Source of the DNA: Candidatus Limnocylindria bacterium
GTDB lineage: Bacteria; Chloroflexota; Limnocylindria; QHBO01
Length of the DNA stretch: 64,000 nt
Direction of reading: 5' to 3'
Assembly (NCBI GenBank): GCA_036262075.1
Contig: DATAJO010000003.1
Span: 15,464-79,463 of the forward strand
This document shows, piece by piece, positions 9,572-17,530 of the stretch. A program made the position numbers and the translations under genes. The stretch's first letter is position 1. Every line of letters starts with the position of its first letter. The notes beneath the pieces were generated by a model. The model saw only the letters and a program-made list of their open reading frames with translations, was not told the origin of the DNA and made no database searches.

Positions 9572-10849
9572 TCAGCTGGAGGGCCCGCGACCCCATTGCG
9601 GCGGTGCCGGTGGCCGCGACATCGGCGAGAGCCTGATCTCGACCTCGATGAGGCCCTCGGCCAGCGGCTTGTCGCTGATCAGCTCCCACGCCGCGTGCGA
9701 CAGGTTCGCCACGCGCTGGTCGGGCGTCCCGACGTAGCACGGGCAGGAGTCGACGACCGGCAGGGACGCGCACCGATCGGCGCAGATCATGACCCAGCCT
9801 GGATCGTCGCCGGCCCGGACGCCGCCGATCTCGAGGGGCAGCGCCACCGTCGGCTGGCCCTCGTACCCGGCGCTCGCCGCGTAGCTCGACGCCTTCCCGG
9901 TCGCGACGCCGTCGACGACGGGGATCGGGCCCTCGTCGACCGTCGGCCCCTCGGGCGCCGTGGCGACGCGACCGTCGGTCGCCGCCGCGACGCTGGCGGC
10001 CGCCACGCCGCTGAGGCTCGCGTCCGGATCGCCGGCAAACGCGTACCAGTAGTCGACCTTGCCCTCGAAGTAGGCCGAGCGATGGAGCCACGTCTCGGCG
10101 CCGTCGACCGCGGGATGCGCGAAGCGGGCCAAGCCGTCGGGGTCGAAGTGCGGGTCGGCGGCGAACACGTCGCCGTAGGGCAGGAACGGGTTGTCGAGCA
10201 GCGTGCCGACGAGGCTCGCGGCGCCCTCGTAGAAATCGGTGGCGAAGTAGGCCGATGCGCCGAGCTCCGCCAGCGGGGCACGCGAGTACGCGCTGACGCG
10301 CTCGGCGGCCGTCGTCTCGTCGGCGGGGTCGTGCTGGCCCTCGCCCGCGCCGGGGGCGTAGCAGGCGTTGGAGTAGATCATCACCCAGCCCGGTGCCGGC
10401 TTCGCGTGCTCCGCGATCCACGCCTCGCCGTAGTAGCGCAGCGAGCCGTCGCGGTAGGAGTCGGCGTGGCCATTCGGCCTCGGCCCGTTCAGGCCCCAGC
10501 CGTTGACCACGCCCGGGTTCGGGGTGTTCGAGTACGGGTTCGGGGTCCCGACGCCGTGGCCGAGGTAGACGACGATGTTGGCGCCCTCGACCGCGGCGAG
10601 GACGTTCTCGGCGGTGGCGTCGGGTGAGTAGGCCTTGGCCACCTCGGCGCCGCGCTCAGTGGCCGCGGTGGCGGCCGCATCGGCCAGGGCGATGTAGACC
10701 GGGGTCAGCTCCTCGCCGACGGGTCCGACGATGATCGCGACCTTCGCGATCGGCTCTGCACCTTGCGCGGTGGCGGGCGCGCCGAAGCCGGCGACGACCG
10801 TCGCCAGCAGGGTGACGAGCAGAAGAGCTGGGCGCACGACTCCCCTCAT
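9572..10849 (-). CDS. secreted two-domain protein: N-terminal putative His/Cys-dyad (caspase-fold-like) peptidase domain plus C-terminal RlpA/expansin-like DPBB domain
   Basis: Signal peptide from internal ATG 10849 (MRGVVRPALLLVTLLATVVAGFGAPATAQG). Strand-His (IVVYLGHG) and strand-Cys (VMIYSNACYAPG) arrangement. C-terminus GKASSYAA..GWVMICADRC..LSHAAWELI resembles double-psi beta-barrel lytic/expansin domains. Domain calls are inferred from motifs. Confidence 0.55.
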   Translation of the reverse strand: MRGVVRPALLLVTLLATVVAGFGAPATAQGAEPIAKVAIIVGPVGEELTPVYIALADAAATAATERGAEVAKAYSPDATAENVLAAVEGANIVVYLGHGVGTPNPYSNTPNPGVVNGWGLNGPRPNGHADSYRDGSLRYYGEAWIAEHAKPAPGWVMIYSNACYAPGAGEGQHDPADETTAAERVSAYSRAPLAELGASAYFATDFYEGAASLVGTLLDNPFLPYGDVFAADPHFDPDGLARFAHPAVDGAETWLHRSAYFEGKVDYWYAFAGDPDASLSGVAAASVAAATDGRVATAPEGPTVDEGPIPVVDGVATGKASSYAASAGYEGQPTVALPLEIGGVRAGDDPGWVMICADRCASLPVVDSCPCYVGTPDQRVANLSHAAWELISDKPLAEGLIEVEIRLSPMSRPPAPPQWGRGPSS

Positions 10850-10963
10850 GCAGGGCCCGCCAGGGCCTCGTAACGCTACCACGCCCCTGATGATCCGGGG
10901 ACGGTCGAGGCCCATGAACCCCCCAATTCGCGCGGATCGGCGAGGGATCGCCGCGGGCGAGCG

Positions 10964-11800
10964 TCAGCCCGGGACGGCCGCCAGCTCCGCTGCGGGCTGC
11001 TCCGGTCCGGCGACGAGCGCCTCGAAGATGACGTCGGCCCAGGCCGAGTAGCCGACGACCGAGGGGTGGAACCGGTCCTCGGACAGGACGTCGCGCCGCC
11101 CGCGGATGCGCGGCGGGACCTTCGCCGCGAGGTCGGCGTAGGCGACGCCGGTGGCCTGGGCCTCCGAACGGCTGATCGGCCGGAGGAGCTTCGCCCACGA
11201 ATCGGCGATGAGGATGAGCGGCTCGATCTGTGGCAGGGCACCGCGCAGGGCCGGGATCCCCGCCAGCACGACCCGGGCCTGCGGCGCGGCATCGCGCACG
11301 CGGCGCAGGAGGTGGCGCAGGGACGCGCGATAGCGGCGCGGGTTCGTGCGGTGGGTCGCGTCGTTGGCGCCGACGACGATGGCCACGACATCGGCTCCCG
11401 GCAGGAAGGGCTCGGTCTCCGAGCTGCGAAGTGGCTCCAGGGCGCGGCGGAGCTGCTGCTCGGCGACGTCGGCCATGCGGGCGCCGGCCCAGCCGTAGCT
11501 AACGACGTGCACAGGGCGTCCCTCGGCATCGGCCAGGCGTCGCGCGATGAGGTAGGGGAGCGCGTCCTCGGGTCGCGTGACCCCCACGCCGGCCGTCGTC
11601 GAGTCACCGAGGACGACCATCCGCAGGCGTCGCGAGTCACGCACGCTCGCCGGCCCGACGACGTGGTTGACGTAGAACCCGGGATGGCCGGGCAGGAAGC
11701 GCATCCGCTTCAGGCGCATGAACTGGACGGCGACGATGCCGGCGAACGCGCCGATCGCCGCGCCGAGGATGCGCGCGATGCTCGGCAGCCAACGACCCAT
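10964..11800 (-). CDS. SGNH/GDSL-family hydrolase with N-terminal membrane anchor
   Basis: Start at internal ATG 11800 (MGRWLPSIARILGAAIGAFAGIVAV); VVLGDSTTAG (GDS block I), GANDA block, DRFHPS (catalytic His block). Confidence 0.7.
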   Translation of the reverse strand: MGRWLPSIARILGAAIGAFAGIVAVQFMRLKRMRFLPGHPGFYVNHVVGPASVRDSRRLRMVVLGDSTTAGVGVTRPEDALPYLIARRLADAEGRPVHVVSYGWAGARMADVAEQQLRRALEPLRSSETEPFLPGADVVAIVVGANDATHRTNPRRYRASLRHLLRRVRDAAPQARVVLAGIPALRGALPQIEPLILIADSWAKLLRPISRSEAQATGVAYADLAAKVPPRIRGRRDVLSEDRFHPSVVGYSAWADVIFEALVAGPEQPAAELAAVPG

Positions 11801-11890
11801 GCCGGGCACGGTACCGGGTCCGGTCGCCGGGCGCCAACTCGTGACCCGGCCTCCACCGCGGCACCTTGACGCCACACTCACAATCCGTGC

Positions 11891-12814
11891 GTGCCGCTCG
11901 AGCCGCTGATCATCGTCAACCCCGTCGCCGGTGGCGGCCGTGCCGGTCGGCTCGTGCCGTGGCTGCGCGATCGGCTGTCCGGTGCGTCGCGAGGCCGGCT
12001 GCACGTCACCGCCCGCGCCGGCGAGGCGACCGACGTCGCGCGGGACGCGGCACGAGCGAACGTCGCTCGGGTGGTGGCGGTCGGCGGCGACGGGACGGTC
12101 CAGGAGGTCGTCAACGGGCTGCTCGCCGCGGACGGCACGAACGGATCGGCGCCGAGCCTCGGGATCATTCCGGTCGGGTCCGGCAACGATCTCGCCCGCA
12201 GCCTCCGGCTACCGCGTGCCACGCACATCGCGTACGCCCTGGCCACCGCGGGGCATGCCCGGCCGATCGACGTCGCGCGTGCCAGCGATCGGGCCGGGAG
12301 GAGCCGATGGTTCGCGTCCGCCGGGGGCATCGGCTTCGATGCCCAGGTGGCGGCCGCCATGGCGACGCGCTCCGGATGGCAGCGCGGCTCGGTGGGATAC
12401 CTGCTCACCACGCTCAGCGAGCTCCGGCGATTCTCGAACCGGCATATCAGCCTCAGCCTCGATGGCACCGCCACCGAGCTCGACGTCCTGTTCGTGGCGT
12501 TCGCGAACGGCGCGTACTACGGGGGCGGGATGCGGATCGCGCCGGACGCGCGGCCGGACGACGGGTTCCTCGACGTCTGCGTCGTCGGCGACGTCAGCCG
12601 CCTCACCGCCATCCGCCAGATCCCGAACCTGTACCGCGGGACGCATGTCAGTCATCGGGCAGTGGCCGTCAGCCGGGCGTCCAGGATGACGATCGAGGGG
12701 GGCTCCGACACGCTCGTCCACCTCGATGGCGAGCCGTTCGGCTCGCTGCCGCTCGACGTCGAGCTCGTGGCCGGCAGGCTCGGGATCGCCTCGGTCGCGC
12801 CGGCAGTGCGCTAG
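11891..12814 (+). CDS. diacylglycerol-kinase-family lipid kinase (YegS/DagK-like)
   Basis: GTG start; IIVNPVAGGGRAGR, GGDGTVQEVVNGL, PVGSGNDLAR motifs of the DAGK catalytic domain. Confidence 0.8.
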   Translation: MPLEPLIIVNPVAGGGRAGRLVPWLRDRLSGASRGRLHVTARAGEATDVARDAARANVARVVAVGGDGTVQEVVNGLLAADGTNGSAPSLGIIPVGSGNDLARSLRLPRATHIAYALATAGHARPIDVARASDRAGRSRWFASAGGIGFDAQVAAAMATRSGWQRGSVGYLLTTLSELRRFSNRHISLSLDGTATELDVLFVAFANGAYYGGGMRIAPDARPDDGFLDVCVVGDVSRLTAIRQIPNLYRGTHVSHRAVAVSRASRMTIEGGSDTLVHLDGEPFGSLPLDVELVAGRLGIASVAPAVR

Positions 12815-12823
12815 GCTGCCGGG

Positions 12824-13075
12824 ATGGTGAGCCAGGAGGCGGGTGCCCCGAAGGTCGGCGCGGAGGTGCGTGGCAAGCGCGGCCGGCGCATCGGCACCGT
12901 CGACGCCGTCTTCGCCGATTACCTGCTCGTGCGCACCGCGGGCCTCCTGCCGGTCGATCTCTACGTCCCGCGGCCGGAGACGAGGCTCGAGGGCGACGCC
13001 GTCGTCGTCGACGCCGATGCGCGCGAGGCGTACGCGCGCTGGCATCGGCCGCTCAAGCGCGCGCCCCACCCGTGA
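12824..13075 (+). CDS. small hypothetical protein (PRC-barrel-like, possibly DUF2171)
   Basis: 83 aa, good GC3; RIGTVDAVFADYLLVRT motif. Family assignment uncertain. Confidence 0.4.
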   Translation: MVSQEAGAPKVGAEVRGKRGRRIGTVDAVFADYLLVRTAGLLPVDLYVPRPETRLEGDAVVVDADAREAYARWHRPLKRAPHP

Positions 13076-13215
13076 CGGCCTTCGCTCGACCGGTGCTCGA
13101 CGCGCTGCGGGACGAGATGGAGATCCACGTCCACCCCGCCTGAGCCGCCTGAGCGCGGGCGGGGGAGCGGCGCGGGCTGGTGGCGCGCATCGGTCTTGCA
13201 GTACCCTCAGGCGTG

Positions 13216-14181
13216 ATGGACGAGCATTCCGACACGATCCAGCCGCTCAACCCGCGCCCGCCGTACGAGCCGGGCGACGCCGATGCGTTCTACGCGCACG
13301 TCGGATCGGGCGGCAAGATCGAGGCCGACGACTGGATGCCGGACGAGTACCGCGCCGCGGTCCTGAAGTTCGTCGAGATGCACGCCAACTCCGAGCTCAT
13401 GGGCGTGCTGCCGGAGCGCGACTGGATCATGCGCGCGCCGACCCTGCGCCGAAAGCTCGCGCTGACCTCGAAGATCCAGGACGAGGTCGGGCACGCGCAG
13501 CTGCTCTATCGCGTGGCGGAGGACCTCGGCAAGCCGCGGGCGCAGATGCTCCAGGACCTGCTCGACGGCAGGACGAAGTTCCACAACGTCTTCCACTACC
13601 CGACGCGCTCGTGGGCCGATGTCGGGATCATCGCCTGGCTCGTCGACGCCGCCGCGATCGTGTCGCAGCAGGCCCTGCGCGACTCCTCGTACGCGCCGTA
13701 CGCGCGAACGATGAAGAAGATCTGCTGGGAGGAGTCCGTCCACATCATGCACGGCCGCGACGTCGTGCTGACCCTCATGAACGGCACCGGCGAGCAGCGC
13801 GCCATGGTCCAGGAGGCGCTGGACCGATGGTGGGGCCCGCTCATGCAGATGCACGGCCCGCCGACCGACCCGGCGAAGGACAAGGACCTCCACTGGGGCA
13901 TCAAGTCGAAGGGCAACGAGCAGCTGCGCCAGGAGTTCCTCTCGATCTACGTGCCGCGCATCCGTGAGCTCGGCCTGCGCATCCCGGACCCGGCGCTGCG
14001 GCTGGACGAGGCGACGGGGCGCTGGGCGTACACCGAGCCCGATTGGGCCGAGCTGAAGGCCGTCGTGACCGGCCACGGTCCCGCATCGCAGTCGCGCCTC
14101 GAGTTCCGGCGTCTCAACTACGCCGAGACACAGTGGGTGCGCGACGCCCTCGTCGGCGCAGCGGGGACCGCCGCCGCCTGA
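13216..14181 (+). CDS. paaA: 1,2-phenylacetyl-CoA epoxidase subunit A
   Basis: Strong similarity by eye to PaaA (DWMPDEYR, EMHANSELMG, QDEVGHAQLLY, WADVGIIAWLVDAAAIVSQ). Start set at ATG 13216 because the first 12 codons of the 13180 ORF have low GC3. Confidence 0.85.
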   Translation: MDEHSDTIQPLNPRPPYEPGDADAFYAHVGSGGKIEADDWMPDEYRAAVLKFVEMHANSELMGVLPERDWIMRAPTLRRKLALTSKIQDEVGHAQLLYRVAEDLGKPRAQMLQDLLDGRTKFHNVFHYPTRSWADVGIIAWLVDAAAIVSQQALRDSSYAPYARTMKKICWEESVHIMHGRDVVLTLMNGTGEQRAMVQEALDRWWGPLMQMHGPPTDPAKDKDLHWGIKSKGNEQLRQEFLSIYVPRIRELGLRIPDPALRLDEATGRWAYTEPDWAELKAVVTGHGPASQSRLEFRRLNYAETQWVRDALVGAAGTAAA

Positions 14182-14224
14182 CGGCCTGCGGCCCATGCGC
14201 GCTGCGGATCTGCGGTCTTGCGGC

Positions 14225-14632
14225 GCCGTATGCGATTTATCGGTCCGTTTGGCGCCTGAGCTGAGGTTGGGGCTACGCCTGTTCTGTTTATCGGTGCGCA
14301 CATAGCCCGGGCGGGGACGAGGACGCCTTTGGGGCTACAGGCCTACCGATACATCGCATGGGCGTCGCCGCAACAGCCACCGCGGGCGACAAACCCCCGA
14401 TATATCGCCGAGGACCCCCGGGTCCTGCGGCCCCGTATGCGATTTATCGGTCCGTTTGGCGCCTGAGCAGATGTTGGGGCTACGCCTGTTCTGTTTATCG
14501 GTGCGCACATAGCCCAAGCGGGCGCGAGGGCGCCGTTGGGGCTACAGGCCTACCGACAAATCGCATGGGCGTCGCCGCAACAGCCACCGCGGGCGACAAA
14601 CGCCCGATATATCGCCGAGGACCCTCACGCCA
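14225..14632. repeat. two tandem ~207-bp repeat units (~90% identical), each with internal inverted sub-repeats built on TTATCGG/CCGATA, sitting between paaA and paaB
   Basis: The marker gtatgcgatttatcgg recurs at 14228 and 14435, so the period is 207 bp. Sub-repeat GGGGCTAC at 14268, 14329, 14475 and 14539. Inverted pair ATGCGATTTATCGG / CCGATACATCGCAT within each unit. Confidence 0.85.
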
Positions 14633-14673
14633 CGACGAGTGCGCCGCGTCAGGGGGCGCGGTACCCTTCGGTC

Positions 14674-15054
14674 GTGACTGATCCAGTCCCGGCGGTCGAG
14701 CGCGTGTGGGAGGTCTTCCGCCAGGACGACGAGGGCGACCCGATGATCCACGCCGGGAACGTGAATGCCCCCGACGAGGAGCTCGCGACGCACTATGCCC
14801 GCGAGTTCTACGGCCGCCGCGGCGAGTCGCATCGGCTGTGGATCGTGGCGCGCGAGGCGATCACCGAGCTCGACGATCCGGACCTCCTCAAGCCGCCGTT
14901 CGACCGCAGCCACAAGAAGCCCGGCGGCTACATCATCAAGCACAAGCTCGAGGCGGCGAAGGCCCGCGCCGCGGAAGGGACACCCGCCGAAGGGGCCGCC
15001 GCGGAAGGGGCCGCCGCCGAAGGGACACCCGCCGTCGAGGGGGCGACCGAGTGA
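14674..15054 (+). CDS. paaB: 1,2-phenylacetyl-CoA epoxidase subunit B, with Ala/Glu/Gly-rich C-terminal extension
   Basis: GTG 14674 in frame within the 14536..15054 ORF (upstream part crosses the repeat). VWEVF...HAGNV...WIV matches the PaaB core. Tail AAEGTPAEGAAAEGAAAEG is atypical. Start codon uncertain. Confidence 0.7.
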   Translation: MTDPVPAVERVWEVFRQDDEGDPMIHAGNVNAPDEELATHYAREFYGRRGESHRLWIVAREAITELDDPDLLKPPFDRSHKKPGGYIIKHKLEAAKARAAEGTPAEGAAAEGAAAEGTPAVEGATE

Positions 15055-15824
15055 CGGTGGCCGATGCGCTCGACGCGCCGGCACGCGCGGCGCTCGCGGA
15101 GCTGCTCCTGACGCTGGCCGACGACGAGCTCGTCATCGGCTTCTGGGACTCCGAGTGGACGGGCATCGCGCCGGTGCTCGAGGAGGACGTGGCGACGAGC
15201 TCGATCGCGCAGGACGAGATCGGCCATGCCAAGGCGCTGTACGAGCTGCTCGCCGAGCTGACGGACGATGATCCGGACCGGATCGCCTTCGGCCGTGCCG
15301 CCGAGGAGTACCGTCACGCCGCGCTGCTGAACCACGCGCGCGGCGATTGGGCGTTCAGCGCCGCCCGCCGCTACCTGTACGAGACCGCCGATGCCGTGCG
15401 GCTCGCCTCGCTGGCCCGCTCGGCGCATGCGCCGCTCGCCGCGCTGGCGGGGAAGATCCGGCGCGAGGAGACGTACCACCTCATGCACGCCGATGCCTGG
15501 CTGCGCCGCCTGGCCGATGCGCCCGCGCCCGCCTCGGATCGCCTGGCCGATGCGCTGCGCACGCTGTGGCCGGACGCGCAGGAGGTGTTCGCGCCCCTCG
15601 AGGGGGAGGCGGAGCTGACGCGCCGCGGCCTCCTGTCGGAGCCGATGACCGACCTGCATGCCGCCTGGCAGCGCTCGGTCCGGCCCGTCCTCGAGCCGAT
15701 CGCCGGTTCGCTCGAGGAGATCGGGCCCAGCCCGGACGGGCGGCAGCGGCGAACCGAGGACTTCCGCTGGCTCCACCGCGAGATGACGATGGTCGCGCGC
15801 TCGGTCGAGGGGGCGACGTGGTGA
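15051..15824 (+). CDS. paaC: 1,2-phenylacetyl-CoA epoxidase subunit C
   Basis: GTG 15051 overlapping the paaB stop (GTGA). LADDELVIGFWDSEW, AQDEIGHAKALY and EETYH motifs of PaaC. Confidence 0.8.
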   Translation: MTVADALDAPARAALAELLLTLADDELVIGFWDSEWTGIAPVLEEDVATSSIAQDEIGHAKALYELLAELTDDDPDRIAFGRAAEEYRHAALLNHARGDWAFSAARRYLYETADAVRLASLARSAHAPLAALAGKIRREETYHLMHADAWLRRLADAPAPASDRLADALRTLWPDAQEVFAPLEGEAELTRRGLLSEPMTDLHAAWQRSVRPVLEPIAGSLEEIGPSPDGRQRRTEDFRWLHREMTMVARSVEGATW

Positions 15825-16363
15825 GCGCCACCGCACGGCCGGCCGCCGCCTCCGACGCGGAGCGCCGCATCTGGGACGAGCTCGCCGCCATCCCGGACCC
15901 GGAGATCCCGGCCATCGGCCTCGTCGACCTCGGGGTCATCGGCTCCGTGGCCGTCGACGACGACGGCGCGGCGTGGATCGAGCTGCTGCCGACGTTCGTG
16001 GGCTGCCCGGCGATCGGGGTCATGCAGGCCGAGATCGAGCGCCGGGTCGGAGCGCTGGGCGTGGCGAAGGCGGTCGAGGTGCGGCTGAGCTTCGACCCGC
16101 CGTGGACGTCGGAACGGATCACGCCCGAGGGTCGCGAGCGGCTCCGCCGCAGCGGCTTCGCCCCGCCGGTCATGCCTCCGCCGACCGAGGCGGGGAGCGG
16201 GCTGACCGAGCTCGACGTGCTCGACACGCTGCCGCCCGCCGAGTGCCCGTACTGCGGGTCCCGCAACACGACCCTCGAGAACCCGTTCGGGCCGACCCTG
16301 TGCCGCGCGATCTACCACTGCGCCGACTGCCGGCAGCCGTTCGAGCAGATGAAGCGCGTCTAG
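15818..16363 (+). CDS. paaD: phenylacetate-CoA oxygenase subunit PaaD (MIP18/SufT-like with C-terminal zinc ribbon)
   Basis: GTG 15818 overlapping the paaC stop. IWDELAAIPDPEIP, LGVIGSV, and C-terminal CPYCGS...CADC. Confidence 0.8.
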   Translation: MVSATARPAAASDAERRIWDELAAIPDPEIPAIGLVDLGVIGSVAVDDDGAAWIELLPTFVGCPAIGVMQAEIERRVGALGVAKAVEVRLSFDPPWTSERITPEGRERLRRSGFAPPVMPPPTEAGSGLTELDVLDTLPPAECPYCGSRNTTLENPFGPTLCRAIYHCADCRQPFEQMKRV

Positions 16364-16378
16364 CCCGACCCGGCGGGC

Positions 16379-17398
16379 TTGCGGCCCCACGGTAGGCTGT
16401 CGCCGATGGCCCTGCCGGTCGCGCCGCTCGGTGCGGACCCCGCGCAGCCGATGCTGCGCGGCGACGCGGTGGAACGCGACGCGGAGGTCGCCGCCCCATC
16501 GCGCGCGTGGGCGCACCTGCGTCGCAGCCCGGCCTTCTGGTTCGGCGCCATCGTCGCGACGGCGATCGTGCTGCTCGCCATCGGCGCGGACGTCGTGGCC
16601 CGGTACGACCCGAACATCGCGATCCGCGGGAGCGGCCTCTCGGCCGACGGGCGTCCCGTCGGCCCGTCCGAGGAGTTCTGGCTCGGCACCGATCGGCTCG
16701 GGCGCGACTACGCGAGCCGCCTCCTCCACGGCGCGCGCACATCGCTGATCGTCGCGCTCGGCGCGAACGCCGTCGCCGCCCTCATCGGCACGCTCGTCGG
16801 CGCGACCGCCGCATACGCCGGCTCGCCGCGCGTCACGCTGCGGGTCGGGCGCTGGCGGAGGATCGTCGCTCTGCCGGTCGAGGCGCTGCTGATGCGCGCG
16901 ACCGATGCGCTGCTCTCGTTGCCGGTGCTGCTGCTGGCGATCGCCCTCGCCGCGATCCTCGGCCCGAGCCTGGTGCTGCTGACGATCGTCATCGCCGCCG
17001 TGTGGTGGACGACGACCGCCCGGATCGTCTTCAGCCAGGTGCGCGTCATCCTGGCGCAGGACTTCATCGAGGCGGCGCGGGCCATCGGTGCTCGGCCGCT
17101 TCGCATCCTCGTGGTGCACGTGCTCCCGCACATCGTGCCGCTGGTGGTCGTGTATGCCACGCTTGGCATCGCCGCGGTCGTCCTGTTCGAGTCGACGCTC
17201 TCGTTCCTCGGTGCGGGTCCGCCGCCGCCGGCGGCGTCGTGGGGAACGATGATCGCCGAGCACGCCAGCTACTACCGCTCCGACCCGCGACTGCTCCTCC
17301 TGCCCGGTGCCGCGATCGCGCTGACCGTGCTGGCCTTCAACCTCCTCGGCGACGCGCTGCGCGACGCCCTCGACCCGCGCGTCGCGAGCCAGGGGTGA
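16379..17398 (+). CDS. ABC transporter permease (peptide/nickel type, DppC/OppC-like)
   Basis: 339 aa, 6 TM helices, permease signature region, C-terminal NLLGDALRDALDPR. Confidence 0.8.
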   Translation: MRPHGRLSPMALPVAPLGADPAQPMLRGDAVERDAEVAAPSRAWAHLRRSPAFWFGAIVATAIVLLAIGADVVARYDPNIAIRGSGLSADGRPVGPSEEFWLGTDRLGRDYASRLLHGARTSLIVALGANAVAALIGTLVGATAAYAGSPRVTLRVGRWRRIVALPVEALLMRATDALLSLPVLLLAIALAAILGPSLVLLTIVIAAVWWTTTARIVFSQVRVILAQDFIEAARAIGARPLRILVVHVLPHIVPLVVVYATLGIAAVVLFESTLSFLGAGPPPPAASWGTMIAEHASYYRSDPRLLLLPGAAIALTVLAFNLLGDALRDALDPRVASQG

Positions 17399-17428
17399 CC
17401 CCGTCGGCCGCCGATCCGTCGCGCGGCA

Positions 17429-17453
17429 GGAATAGGGAATTCTCCCGATGCGC
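17429..17453 (+). promoter_or_regulatory. copy 1 of a conserved ~24-33 bp motif GAATAGGGAATTCTCCCGATGCGC, upstream of the substrate-binding-protein gene
   Basis: 22 of 24 identical to 23256..23279; contains the imperfect dyad GGGA-ATTC-TCCC. Confidence 0.4.
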
Positions 17454-17530
17454 CGCGGTGGCCCGCGCCGCATCGTCCGACCGACGGCGACCGCCGGCCG
17501 CGGCGGTCCGCGCGCAGGAGGAGCAGATCG

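Noticed and set aside
14182-14673. CRISPR array
   Set aside because: The repeat units are ~207 bp with no unique spacers of regular size; no cas genes or short 24-48 bp direct repeats were seen anywhere in the window.
14358-14681. 107-aa ORF spanning the tandem repeat
   Set aside because: Its protein sequence is internally repeated purely because the DNA is repeated, and it shows no coding periodicity.
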